The notes under the pieces: model-generated
Database searches by the model: none
Seen by the model: the letters and a program-made list of their open reading frames with translations, nothing else
Told to the model about the DNA's origin: nothing
Assembly (NCBI GenBank): GCA_951406725.2
Contig: OX597825.1
Coordinates: forward strand, 58,094,001-58,158,000
Reading direction: 5' to 3'
DNA: 64,000 nucleotides
Source: Octopus vulgaris
Taxonomy: Eukaryota
Translations under genes and position numbers: made by a program
Shown: piece after piece, positions 43,056-56,312 of the stretch
Position numbering within the stretch: the first letter of the stretch is position 1
Layout of the letters: each line of letters starts with the position of its first letter

Positions 43056-43778
43056 GTGTGCATTACAAGGAGTGTGGATTTGCGAGTTAGCTGTCATGAC
43101 TAGTGTGGTGATTATGTATACATATTCGACGCACACATGCGTGCACAGGTTCATACACGTGCTTATAAATCTATATACGCTACATGCATGTAATGTGTAT
43201 GTGTCTGTGTTTATATGTGTGTGTGTGAGTATTGTATTATGGTAAGGCTTTGGTCATCCAAAGAGATGCATTTTTTATAGGAAATATCGTAAATACCTTT
43301 CTAATAACTGTCTTCGTCATAATATCATGTATTTAGAGAGTTCAATATAGTTGTGCCCTCGTTTGTCTATGATATACTCTCAACAGAGAGATAAACTCGG
43401 GACTATGAGGTAACAACACACTCGTCGATCTTCACGTGCTCCCGTTACCTACTGACAACTAGTAATGGCAATGTTGTACTTTTGAAGAACTTAAATAACA
43501 TAATAGAAACTGTCCAAGCATTTACTGATTTCCAGGCCAGTTAACTCTATAATCTCTCTGCTACTATTGACAGAACAAACGGCATTGTGTGGTCTTTAAT
43601 GCATTTTCCAGTTTCAAATGATGTGAATCTGTTAATAGCTCCCTGCTCTAATCACCACACCTTTATCATAGATATATTTATATTATTAGCTTCATTAGGT
43701 ATTACACTCAGTGCATCTATGATGTGTGTCTCATTGATAATCGCAATAATTCTGTTGTATTTGTATGTATTTCCATAG

Positions 43779-43867
43779 GCTGGATCAATTCATTTGTACT
43801 CGATCTAATTTACACTATGAATCCATATTCTGCATCCGATAGCCCTGCTGAAAACATATCTAGAGCT
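43779..43867 (+). CDS. Adhesion GPCR exon: start of SEA-like domain
   Basis: ttccatag|GC...GCT|gtgagt, 89 nt, phase 1-0. The only open frame reads WINSFVLDLIYTMNPYSASDSPAENISRA. Confidence 0.7.
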
Positions 43868-43902
43868 GTGAGTAACCAATTATTTTCTCTCTCCCTCCCT
43901 TC

Positions 43903-43940
<38 letters not shown>

Positions 43941-44559
43941 CTCTCCTTATGTGTGTGTGTTATATAGAACATGAGCAAAACATCAACTAAGTTATGAAAT
44001 CAATACTTTTAGGAGCAAGTATTATTTATTTATTTTAAAAGATAACTGACTTTAAAGTTTCGCCTAATCGGCTTCAAGAATACAAATAAAGAAAATATTT
44101 TATAAACTAGAAAATCCTTACTATTTTAAGATGACTTTATTTGGCTTATACAGCACGCCTATATATATATTTTGATGTCAGTATGGTATCGATGGTCTTA
44201 GGGACTTCGTAGACGTTAGCAAACATGTTGGCACATATATTTTAAATGCCCTGTAAATGCTGACATTGTCGGAGCATTATATAGGGTTGACACATTTTTA
44301 CTACTATGCAATTTAAATTTTTTTTAATGTTGATAGGTTTTGTAAAAATTACATCCGTAATATTCCCCCACCAAACATGAGATTTCTCTGTCAACGAAAG
44401 TCCTTATAGTTATTTATTGTCTTGATATGTCTCTTAATTTTCAATAATATACAATGGCTGCCGTGTTTGACACAAATTTAATGTTTGAGAAAGAATCTTA
44501 ACTACTAAGAAGTAGGGTAGAAAGAGCTCTGGAAAACACAAAAATCGGGAAAATAACTG

Positions 44560-44815
44560 GTCTAGATGTCATTGCTGGGTCTGATGTCTCGGAGATACTC
44601 AGTGAACCGGTCGGCCAAGATGCGTCCCGTTTGACCAATGTAGCGCGAAGGACAGAGAGAGCAAGAGACACGATAGATGCAGCGAGAAAGAGAACAAAAG
44701 ATACTGCCGGTGCAGGTAAAGGAAGTCAGTGGTGAGTGCCCGTGAGAATGGTGGTGTTGGAGAGGTAGGGGCAAGCGCGACAGCGAGGGCGAGAGCAAGG
44801 GAAAAAGCCAGCTTG
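44560..44815 (-). mobile_element. Penelope-like GIY-YIG fragment
   Basis: [11 protein letters not shown] and CIYRVSCSLCPSRYIGQTGRILADRFTEYLRDIR. Confidence 0.85.
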
Positions 44816-45179
44816 GATATCATGGACGAGAAAGAAACACGCACACAGAGATGGATAGATATACTCACTCACACATACATACATACGTGTATATATATAT
44901 ATATATATATATACGTGTATATATATATATATATATACATACGTGTATATATATATATATATATACATACGTATATATATATATATATATATATAAATGA
45001 AAGAACAAGTCAAGATAGAAAATGCTAAAATAATTCTATAAAGAACATTTCAGTAGCGGTTTCGATCATTTGAAACCTCTTCAACTGTAACTATTAAATA
45101 ATTAAATTTAATTATTTAATAGTTACAGTTGAAGAGGACTTTTTCATATATATCAACTCGTGTGTCCCTTTTCATCCTT

Positions 45180-45227
<48 letters not shown>

Positions 45228-45368
45228 TCTCGTTATTTATTTCTGTGTTCCTTTCTGTGGAAGAGCGTTGGCTCGAAACATTAAAGACTTTTTCACTTCC
45301 CGAGCGTTAAACTAATACATCTGTTTGTTGTCTACACCACCTGTCTTCGTCTTTTTTTTGTTTCTTTA

Positions 45369-45457
<89 letters not shown>

Positions 45458-45469
45458 TTAATATTGCAG

Positions 45470-45522
45470 ATGGAGTATGAGTTTTTAACCATGACTGGAG
45501 AATTCAAAGTTGGATACTGTGG
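45470..45522 (+). CDS. Adhesion GPCR small exon (SEA-like)
   Basis: ttgcag|ATG...TGTGG|gtaagc, 53 nt, phase 0-2. Reads MEYEFLTMTGEFKVGYCG and bridges the phases of the neighbouring exons. Confidence 0.65.
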
Positions 45523-46097
45523 GTAAGCAAAAACATGTACTGATTTTCAAGTTTTGTTTATTTTAGATCAAGTGTTTTTTTTAACATGTGTATTAAATAA
45601 AAGACATTAAAATGTTGGTCATTGGTTGGATTTTTGTGCATTTACTTATGGTATTGTATTTCCTGTTGTTTTCTTTTTAACCGCATTCACATGTCAAATT
45701 CCTGTGTAAAGAATAGCACCATAACACTAATCCTTGAACTGTTGTTTTCCTTTAACCGACCAAATTACTGTGATCTTGCCTACTATACATCTTAAATATG
45801 TAGGGCAAATTTGTGAATATATTTAGAGTTGAACCATAGATGTCATCATGATAATCTAGTGATCTGATAAGTTAGCTTTCTTTAATACACAGTCGTATTG
45901 TGTAATGTTAAGCATATATATTTATGTAAACATGTACGCATAATTTTGCACGTTGAGATTAATGATACTTCATGAAGAATATTACAAAATAGCTGTAATT
46001 ATGTGGAAGTTATGTCGAAAAATAAACCTATTTCCCCTCTCACAACTGATTTATGCTTAATTTATTCCTTATGAAAATTAATTATTTGGAATTCTAG

Positions 46098-46133
46098 GAT
46101 TTACAGATACCAGGAAATATTACATTTTACTAC
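46098..46133 (+). CDS. Candidate 36-nt micro-exon (SEA-like)
   Basis: ttctag|G...TAC|gtaaat, phase 2-2, reads IYRYQEILHFT. Frame-neutral, so the chain does not require it. Confidence 0.45.
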
Positions 46134-46186
46134 GTAAATTGACAGCCGGTTCTAAATGGAAGGGAGGCTTACTGTGAAAGCGGCAT

Positions 46187-46272
<86 letters not shown>

Positions 46273-46953
46273 GCACATACACACACAAGCACACACACAC
46301 GTACACACACGTACACACATATATATACGTACAAAAGGCGGCGAGCTGGCAGAAACGTTAGCAGGTCAGGCGAAATGCGTAGCCGTATTTCGTCTGTCGT
46401 TACGTCGTGAGTTCAAATTCAGCCGAGGTCGACTTTGCCTTTCATCCTTTCGGGGTCGATAAATTAAGTACCAGTTACGCACTGGGGTCGATGTAATCGA
46501 TAATCCGATTGTCTGTCCTTGTTTGTCCCCTCTATGTTTAACCCCTTGTGGGCAATAAAGAAATATATATATACGTACATATATATGTATGTATATATAT
46601 AGAAAAAGGTTGACACTGATTTCGCAGTTTCGTTTTGGTAGGCGTAATCAGACATATATGTAAAGAATGAAGTAAATTGAATAGAGCTTTGCGTGACAGA
46701 TATGTCATAGTCAAGTTACAGTTTGTATTGGGTGAAGGTTTTTAATGAATAATCAAGATTCTTTATTTATAGGATTTTAGTGTGCTATTTTAAGACTCAT
46801 AAAAAATAATGTCAAGATCTATTTTATCTATTATGTGTAGCGAAAGTAACATTGTATATTCAAGCACATAGACGTCATACCATTACAAGCAATTAACCAA
46901 TCAGCATAGAGTTGAAAGTCAAACGCTAATGCGGATACGCACTATACATGCAT

Positions 46954-47473
<520 letters not shown>

Positions 47474-47588
47474 CTGATAACCCGTGGAAGACAAGAACTT
47501 TAGTGACCTGTTGCATACTCGGCATTGCATGCTATACGAATTTCGTAACGACTAAAGTGCAACAAATACAAGAAAAACATGTGCATTG

Positions 47589-48456
47589 TATTGAGTAATC
47601 CCATAAAAAAACGGTTTTTTTCAACTGCATGAACTAAAAGTCGGAGGGGGTGGGATAAACTACCTGCATCAACTTTCTATAAAAGCAGATAGTAATTTTA
47701 TCTTTGCCTTATTCCTAGTGCAAGTTTTGAAGAGTGCAGTTCGATTTTTACAGTTATTTTTTTCAAAGCTATAATGGAAGTGACAAAGGAGCATATTCGG
47801 CATATTTTGTTTTATGAGTTCAATAAAGGTAACAACGCAACGGAAAGTACGATAAATATTAATGCAGTAAGTGGGGATCGGACAATAAGCGTAAGCCAGT
47901 GTCAAATGTGGTTCCAGAAATTCCGAGCCTCGTCTTGGAACATCTGTAGAGCTCGACGACACCGTCCTTCAAATCAAACGATATCAAAGGGGATCTACTA
48001 CGGGCAGCTTGAGCGGCTTAAGTCAGTAGTAGAAGAAAATTACCATCTTTGGTTTCAAAACGAAAGGTGTTCTTCCATCAAGATAATGCTCGGCTACATA
48101 CAATGAGAATGACATTCCAAAGGCTGGAGAAGTTTGAATGGGAAATGATGCCCCACCCACCATATTCGCCGGACATCGCCCCATCTGATCATCATTTATT
48201 CCGCAGTCTTCAAAATCATATGGACGGAAAAAATACGAATTCTGTAGACGAGGTTAGAACAGTACTGGAGGAGTATTTTTCGTCATGAATAAGTGAATTT
48301 TGGAAGAGGGGCCTTGCAAATCTACCAGACAGATGGAAGAGCACTGTAGAAAATGAAGGAGAGTATATTTTAGATTAAATAAGAACTTTGTTTATCTTAA
48401 TTTTGAAAATTAAAAGAAGAATTAAAAAACCGCATTATTTATGGGATGACCCAATA
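47589..48456 (+). mobile_element. Internally deleted mariner (DD34D) transposon
   Basis: TA-flanked imperfect TIRs (tattgagtaatcccataa / ttatgggatgacccaata). MEVTKEHIRHILFYEF...WFQKFR, FHQDNARLH and HPPYSPDIAPSD. Confidence 0.93.
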
Positions 48457-48522
48457 TATTCTGGTGAGCGTTGTTTAAACAAATTATGTTTAGTTTTTAA
48501 TTTTAAAAAAATATTGTTTCAG

Positions 48523-48680
48523 TTCGGAGAAAGGGAGAAGAATATTTAGTATTCGCAGCACTGTGCTGCGCAAAGTTACCAAGGATCAAGTGAGAAGAAA
48601 CATATATAAAATTGTGAAAACATCACAGACATTGCATAAGTTTGGAATTCAGAAGCATAACACGGAATTGATAGTTGAAA
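48523..48680 (+). CDS. Adhesion GPCR exon: end of SEA-like domain
   Basis: gtttcag|T...GAAA|gtaagt, 158 nt, phase 2-1. The only open frame reads SEKGRRIFSIRSTVLRKVTKDQVRRNIYKIVKTSQTLHKFGIQKHNTELIVE. Confidence 0.75.
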
Positions 48681-49566
48681 GTAAGTAGTGCGTTTCTCAT
48701 TATTTTTCTAGCCATCCACCTCCTCCTCATCATCATCATCATTATCAGTATAAGGTGATACCATCGAAGCCCCCCCCCCCCACACACACACACATACAGA
48801 TATGCATTTGTTTACCTTTCAAAGCGAAGATAATTTCATTAAATCAGCAATTTATTTCGTACTTTTTTCTTCGTTCAAATTCATATTTGTCACTCTCGGT
48901 TGCTTTTCTCTGCACATTTTCATTTTAATTGTGAAAATTACTCTATGCTGTAAATGGTTTTCTATTCATCCTGTATCTATGAGTGGTTGAAGTCAAGTTA
49001 AGATAAAGCTGTGCCTACCGGTGACGACCATTGGGTAGAAATATATGTATTCAGCTACCCCGTTGTCTCCAGAAAAGCAACGGACTATCTTTTTCTTAAT
49101 GGCATGTTAATTCATGAGGATCCTTAATTTTCGTTATCTTTTAGTCTGGACCCTTCTACAAGGCCTTCGAATTTGCTGTGAGAGAGGAAGAGAGGAATGG
49201 ATTGTCACACTGCCTATTCAGAGCATTGGTAATAATAAACGGGTAAAGAAGTGGAATACCGATATATAACATTGTGTCTGCAATATGTGGTAGCTCGAAG
49301 GCGCCGAAATGGCAGAACCGTTAGCATGCCGAGCAAAATGCTTAGCAGTATTTCGTCTGTCTTTACGTTCTGGGTTCAAATTCTGCCGAGCTCGACTTTG
49401 CTTTTCATCCTTTCGGGGTCGATAAATTAAGTACCAGCTGTGTACGGGAGTCGATCAAATCAACTGGCCACCTTCCCCCAAAATTTCGGGCCTTGTGCCT
49501 AGAATAGAAAAAAAATATGTGGTAGCTCGAAATAATGCTTTAAAGCAAACTGCTAAATGTATGTGT

Positions 49567-49620
<54 letters not shown>

Positions 49621-50397
49621 TCCAGCACGGCCGCAGTCGAATGACTGAAACAAGTAAAATAATAAAAGATTACATACATATATACATACATACATACATA
49701 CATACATACATACATACATACATACACACGCACTCCAGCACTCCAGGGTCACTATATGTTTATGTGTGTAGTATCGTCAGTTTCTATTCTTGTGTGACTT
49801 TAGGTGATTTAAGTACTGTTTCTACCATGTTGGTGCCCACACAAAGCCCTTGTTTTTGGCCTTTCGAGCTCTCCTGGGCTTCAAGTGAAGAGGTGGACTC
49901 TAGTAGAAAAAGTATGCTGACGTTTGTATCGGGTATGGCAATGCGAACAGCACCGCATGTCGTAAATAAGGTCCTTACTAATTTTTTCATCTGGAGATAT
50001 TGACCAAGTCTTTATTCTCAGTTGCATTCTCGAAGGAGATAAGATTACAACTTCTAAAAATTAAAACATTTCTAATCCAGAAAATTAAACACGTCTCAAC
50101 CTTCTTCACTTAGCTTGTATTTTTTTTTCCATTCACTACCTGTAAACCGCTGCCATACATTTCGTTTTTGTGCTTATGTCAATAAGGAAGGAAATATTTT
50201 TTTGAAATATCTTGGAAGGAAAATAAAATTTCTTTAAGAGTGAACTCTTTTCCAATAGTTTGACGAAAATGTCCATACATTTTACATAATCAGATTTTGT
50301 GTTACTGAGAATATTTGACTCCATTTACGCTGTTAATATATCACATCTCAATGTCCTCAAATCAGCCAGCATATGCAAACTGTGACAATTACGGTTG

Positions 50398-50398
50398 T

Positions 50399-50464
<66 letters not shown>

Positions 50465-50969
50465 AGCAACTACTACTACAGCAACTACTACTACTACATC
50501 TACTACTACTACTACTACAACTACTACTACTACAACTACTACTACTACAACTACTACTACTACAACTACTACTACTACTACTACAACTACTACAACTACT
50601 ACAACTACTACTACTACTACAACTACTTCTACTACTACTACTACTACTACTACAACTATTACTACTACAACTACTACTACTTCTACTATTACTACTACTA
50701 CTACTACTACTACTACTACAACTACTACTACAACTACTACTACTACTACTACAACTACTACTACTACTACTACAACTACTACTACTACAACTACTACTAC
50801 TACTACTACAACTACTACTACAACTACTACTACAACAACTACTACTACTACAACTACTACTACTACTACAACAACTACTACAACAACTACAACAACTACT
50901 ACAACAACTACTACTACTACTACTACTACTACTACAACTACTACTACTACTACTGCTACTGCTGCTGCA

Positions 50970-51004
<35 letters not shown>

Positions 51005-51005
51005 A

Positions 51006-51047
<42 letters not shown>

Positions 51048-51373
51048 GCAACTACTACTACAACTACTACTACTACTACAACTACTACTACAACTACTAC
51101 TACTACTACTACAACTACTACTACAACTACTACTACTACTACTGCTACTACTACTACTACTAAAACTACTGCAACTACTACTACTACTACAACTACTACT
51201 ACTACTACAACTACTACTACTACAACTACTACAACTACTACTACTACTACAACTACTACTACAACTACTACTACTACAACTACTACTACAACTACTACTA
51301 CTACTACAACTACTACTACTACTGCTACTGCTGCTGCTACTGCTGCTACTACTACTACTACTACTACTACTAC
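50398..51373. repeat. ~1 kb imperfect (CTA/CAA)n microsatellite
   Basis: Directly visible. Confidence 0.95.
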
Positions 51374-51509
51374 AAGCAATTGTAGCAGTAGTAGTAGGTT
51401 AAAATTCAAATGTATAATCACATTTATCAGTATCCATTACTTCCTAGAATACAAACCGCAGCAATGACTTTCCTTAAATATATCTCATATCCACGTTTCT
51501 GTTTTTCAG

Positions 51510-51624
51510 TGCATTGTAATGAGAACACAACAACAACTAACAATCATACTTTCTTTTGGCCAATGACTAAAGTAGGAACTACTGCGAAGATTATTTGCGG
51601 TGCAAATGTAGCAACAAGGCTCTG
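51510..51624 (+). CDS. Adhesion GPCR exon: hormone-receptor (HormR) domain, N-part
   Basis: ttttcag|TG...CTCTG|gttcgt, 115 nt, phase 1-2. Reads HCNENTTTTNNHTFFWPMTKVGTTAKIICGANVATRLC (C...WPxTxxGxxAxxxC...ATRxC). Confidence 0.88.
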
Positions 51625-52833
51625 GTTCGTTTGTGCTGTTTTATTTCTTTTCAGAATTTGAAGTTTTCTGTCCGCTTTTTTTTTTTTTTTGTGAGAAATG
51701 TTGCATGGTTATATTAAATAAAACACCAAGCGAGATTTAAAATGATAGAATTTATGTCTATTAGTTCAGATTACTTCACACTACTACTTTTTACACAGAA
51801 TATGGCCTAGTTTTGCAGTGCTCTACCAGGGTTTTTTTTGCTGTCAATATTAGACAAAGTGAAGGCGGTGAGGTGGTAGAATCGTAAACATGCCGGACGA
51901 ACTGCTGAACTGCATTCGCCCGTCTTTACGTTCTGAGTTCAAATCCCGTCAGGGTCGACTTGGCCATTTTATCCTTCCTTTGAGGGTCGATAAAATAAGT
52001 ACTAGTTGAGCACTAGTTGTAACAGACTTAACCCCTCACCCGAAATTGCTGGCCTTGTGCCAAAATTTGAAACCAATATTAGACAAAGCTTTAAATCATT
52101 TGTTGTAAAGATTCATTTAAATGCCAAACTTTTCACTTACAGTATACATGTAGAAAGGAAAACATATCTTGAGACAGCCAATAGAATTTATCTCTCATTC
52201 TACTGATGTTAATATAATACTATTTATTCGTTTTTTTATGATTGTTGTAGAGCAATAAGTATTGTTAGTACATGATGATCAGTGAAGAAAATAGGTCGTT
52301 CTATGACTTGTCTCATTATAGATGAACTAACACAGGAACATCATATGATTTTACAAGTGCTAAAGGTCTAAGCTATTCGTTTGTGAGACTAAGTTGCAAG
52401 TCGAAAGGTGGAATCAGGCAATACTGTGCATGTATAGGAAAATATACGAAGACCTGATGAGGCTACTGATTATGATGATGATGGTGACGCTTCACTTCAA
52501 CTAACTACCTAGTCCATTAATACTTCACCAACGATACCATTTTCTCATATCTTGCATTTAATAATCATAACAACAAATTATAATTAACATAGGCACATGT
52601 TATAGTAGTCTTTAAATTTAAACTTTACTTAGAAAATACTTAATATTGAATTTCAGGCTAATGAGGTGGTATAAATAATAGATTGCAGGCAAAATACATT
52701 ACTGTATTTATCTTTCTCCTACTGGATTATGAATTCAAATCTAGACCATGCTGATCTTTTTCTTGCATTTCTTTTTAACTGGTGAAAGAAAATGAATAAA
52801 CACAACTGACAATATTTTTCATTTCTTTTTCAG

Positions 52834-53003
52834 TTCTTCCTCAACGGCGGTACTTCTGGAAATGCCAACAAGCCAAAATATGACATCACCACAGTGTTCA
52901 CCATTTACTGGTATCTGGGAAGAACCAGACATATCTCAATGTTACAATACAGAATGGATCGCTCGACAACTAAAGGACATTAAATGCCAAGACATTGATA
53001 AAC
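52834..53003 (+). CDS. Adhesion GPCR exon: HormR C-part and linker to GAIN
   Basis: ttttcag|T...AAAC|gtaaga, 170 nt, phase 2-1. Contains GIWEEPDISQCYNTEWIARQLKDI. Confidence 0.9.
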
Positions 53004-53326
53004 GTAAGAAGCAATTGTGTTTCGAAATACTCCTACACTAGGAGTAGTAGTTGTAATAGTAATAGGAGAGGCGGTGTAGTATTACTAGCAGTAGTTTAAC
53101 ACCACATCAGTTCCAATACAGCATGCTTGTGATCAAAGGTGCTCCAGCTATGACCTTCCCATTTTCCCAAGCAGTGTATAAGCAACACAGTATTTGTCCC
53201 TTTTGTAATATAGCAGGGTGTAATTTGAGTGGAAATTTGGCTGCTAATTCTTGTAGGGCGACAGACCACAAGGGCTTTTAGCAAATTGATAGGTGTTAGT
53301 TGTTTTGAGATAAGATTGGTGATATA

Positions 53327-53397
53327 GAGTATTTGGCGCAGTGGTTAAGAGCGCGGGCTACTAACCCCAAGATTCCGAGTTCGATTCCATGTAGTGA

Positions 53398-53465
<68 letters not shown>

Positions 53466-53604
53466 TCGAAAAATACCTTAGGAATGAGGTCCCAGTTTCG
53501 AAATTTCCCCAAGACACCTGATGAAGGCTGGAGGGTATATCAGCCGAAGCGTTGTGTTAACAACAAATAAGATGAGGACAAATATCTGTTAAATGTAAAT
53601 AATG
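53327..53604 (+). mobile_element. tRNA-headed SINE-like element with (AAT)n and a minimal hammerhead-like motif
   Basis: A box 53334-53344, B box 53377-53388, (AAT)n 53402-53464, then CTGATGA-stem-GAAG at 53518-53549. Confidence 0.6.
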
Positions 53605-54517
53605 CAAAGGTTGTAATTTGGAGTTAGAAATAAGGTATTGATGATGAGTGATTAATTTGTGATGAAGTCACATTTACCTGAGGATTGGATTTTGCTGTGA
53701 TGAGGAGCATTCGAAAATGGATTTAAATATTGTCACCTCAAAAATATGTTAAGATGACATTTACGGAAAATAGAGAGGCGTGTTTTAATTGATTAAAATA
53801 AGCCAGTCGTAAGTGAACCCAAATACTTATATATTTGTATGCGTGTGCACTCCTGTTTGGAGGAGAGATAGCCACCGTTGCCGCTGAATATCATAATATA
53901 AAATCGTGTAGATACCAACTTAATGTTAATATATGTCGTATATTTAATCTTATACCTCAATTTTATCAGTCTTATATATATATTGTTATATCACTACTCT
54001 CGGTGCTTTTACACTATTGGTTTATTATTACTCTTCTACTTAATATAATGTATCTTACATATTTAGCAATACCTGAAACATCGCAAAATGTATGAATAGA
54101 CAATATTGGGGTAAATAGCTTTTGTCGGAATTTCACTTTAGTGAAGTTCTATCATCCAACGAGATTCTTCCATAATTTATGGGGGGATTTAAAAGTTATA
54201 ATCTCCAAAATTTTCCTTAAAATTTATCATAATATTAATATTAATTATAATTATTAATGATTAGAATTATTTCTTTTCCTCGCTAGTAAAAAACAAACGG
54301 ATACATTTTTGCGTGTATACGTATTTATAATTATTTAGCTACTTTTAATACGTTCCATTGAACTGATAATTATTTTGATTAAAATAACTCAATCTTATGC
54401 TTTTATTAATTATTTTATGCATAGCTATTCTTAAATATATCATTTAAGATCCTTCTTTGATGGATGAGGATTATAGTATAAAATACACCATTTCCGTTGT
54501 TATATTTATATATATTC

Positions 54518-55087
54518 TATTGGGCTGTCTGGAAAGTTCGTACCGATTTATAGTAGCTTACCTTTCGACTTATTTTAGAACATGGTTGAGTCCATAAAAT
54601 AGGATTTGACTACATCTCCATTTAGAGCACAGTTTAAGCTATCTTTTCGTGGAGGAAGGTTTATGTTCCTATAACCTGTCTTAATTATGTAACCCTTTAA
54701 AATGGAAGATAAGAAAGTTCATTTTCGGCACTTGATACTTTGGGAACCAGACAAAAATTGCTGCAGCTCGGCTGGGATGTGTTACCCCACCCTCCATATT
54801 CACCAGATATTGCTCCTTCGGATTTCTACTTATTCAAGTCTCTGCAGAATAGTTTTAAGATAAAATTTTCAATTCCTTGGATGATATAAAAAATATACCT
54901 TGATGAATTCTTTGCCATGAAACCACCTCAATTCTGGGAACAGGGTATTTTCAAGTTAAAGGAAAGATGGAGACGCATTGTGCAACAAAATGGTTCATAT
55001 TTGGTTGATTAAAAATGTAATGGCAAGTATTTATTGACCTTTTTCTTTCCTTTAAAAATCGGCACGAATTTTCCGGACCCCCCAATA
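54518..55087 (+). mobile_element. Internally deleted mariner transposon (second family)
   Basis: TA-flanked TIRs tattgggctgtctggaaagttcg / cgaattttccggacccccca-ata. MEDKKVHFRHLILWE is joined to LGWDVLPHPPYSPDIAPSDFYLFKSL. Confidence 0.9.
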
Positions 55088-56312
55088 TTTTTACGAGAGG
55101 GTATTTCATTCCCTTCATCTACTTTACTATTTCTCCATTCTGCTTTCTTCTCACTCTGTCTAATTGCAATCACCTTCCATAATTTGGGATTTTATCAAAG
55201 AATCTTGTTAGTCAGTCCTCTGATTACGTCATTACTCAATCTGAAATGCTATGATCTTATTTGAAAGATTTCGTATTTGGAAAAAGAAATACACAAATAC
55301 GCGAAATAATCTAGAGAAAAAAACGGCCAATGTCCTTTAAAAATTACTTACCAGTTCCGAATTGCCTATCAAAGACACAACCACAATATTCAGGACTGGA
55401 TTAAGACCCATAGAGACCCTAAGATTTTGGTACCCCATATATATGTAACTAGCTGACGTACTCAGTAATTCCTGGGAAAGCGGGGCTTATCCCTTGGTTC
55501 CGCTCTCAAAGTCCCGGACTCAAATTCAAAGTAGTGACTTCCTATGTTCAATATATTGCTAAATTTTCTGTGGTTTGTATCTTTAAGAAAAGATATTTCT
55601 CTCTTTGTCCGTATTTCATAAGTGTACTTTTTAACACCAAAGATAAAGTGGAATGACTAACAATTTGGGGGATTTTAATTGTTCCTCACAAGTCTAACTA
55701 TTCTCTTTGAACTATGGATTTGTCTGATATTAGGATCGCGTATTTTTTGCATATGAATAATTAGTCTAGTTCTCCAGTTCTCATGTGTATTAGTAATTTT
55801 ATTTACAATCATTACGCTAAACAACAAATTAACTTTTTTGACAAACATGTGAAATGATTTCTTCTAGTAAAGACATGTCTTAGTTTGAATTTATAGGATA
55901 TATCTTCTTTAAATATGATGCCTTTCTGCAGTTGGTGCAACCACAATTTTTTACTATTGGCAGCGCTGGATTAACCATTAAGTAAAATAAGCACGTGCTT
56001 AGGGCATCAAGGGAGGTGAGGGGGGCACTATAGAAATGACAAATGCTTTATGGCACAAAAGAATTCAATTTCAACTTGCTAAAATATTTGAAGTGATTTA
56101 TACGACAAGAATGTAATTTTAAAGTGTTCATCACGTCATAGAGAGGATCTCATCAAAGAGTTTGCAATTAAAATGGGTAGGAGAAAACTTTTCAACTATA
56201 AACAAAGTGAAGGTATATAGAAATAAGGTTTATTTTTCATCTTACGGTTTGTTTTGTCTTACTTTAAAATCTAAAAATTCATTTTATTGTTTATTATTGT
56301 GTATGTTTTCAA

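Noticed and set aside
44337-44410. Possible extra exon after tgttgatag
   Set aside because: All three frames hit stops, there is no convincing donor, and the phase chain does not need it.
49784-50050. 68-aa minus-strand ORF
   Set aside because: No recognisable domain. At best a very decayed LINE endonuclease remnant, too weak to call.
50373-51467. 364-aa poly-Thr ORF as a mucin-like stalk exon of the aGPCR
   Set aside because: CTA/CAA repeats are nearly open in all + frames. The nearest AGs give phase 0 or 2 rather than the required phase 1, and 48680 already joins 51510 in frame. It is an intronic microsatellite.
53327-53400. Genuine tRNA gene (likewise 15040-15120 and 3460-3535)
   Set aside because: A and B boxes are present, but there is no convincing acceptor stem and the sequences continue into repeat bodies. 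They are SINE heads.
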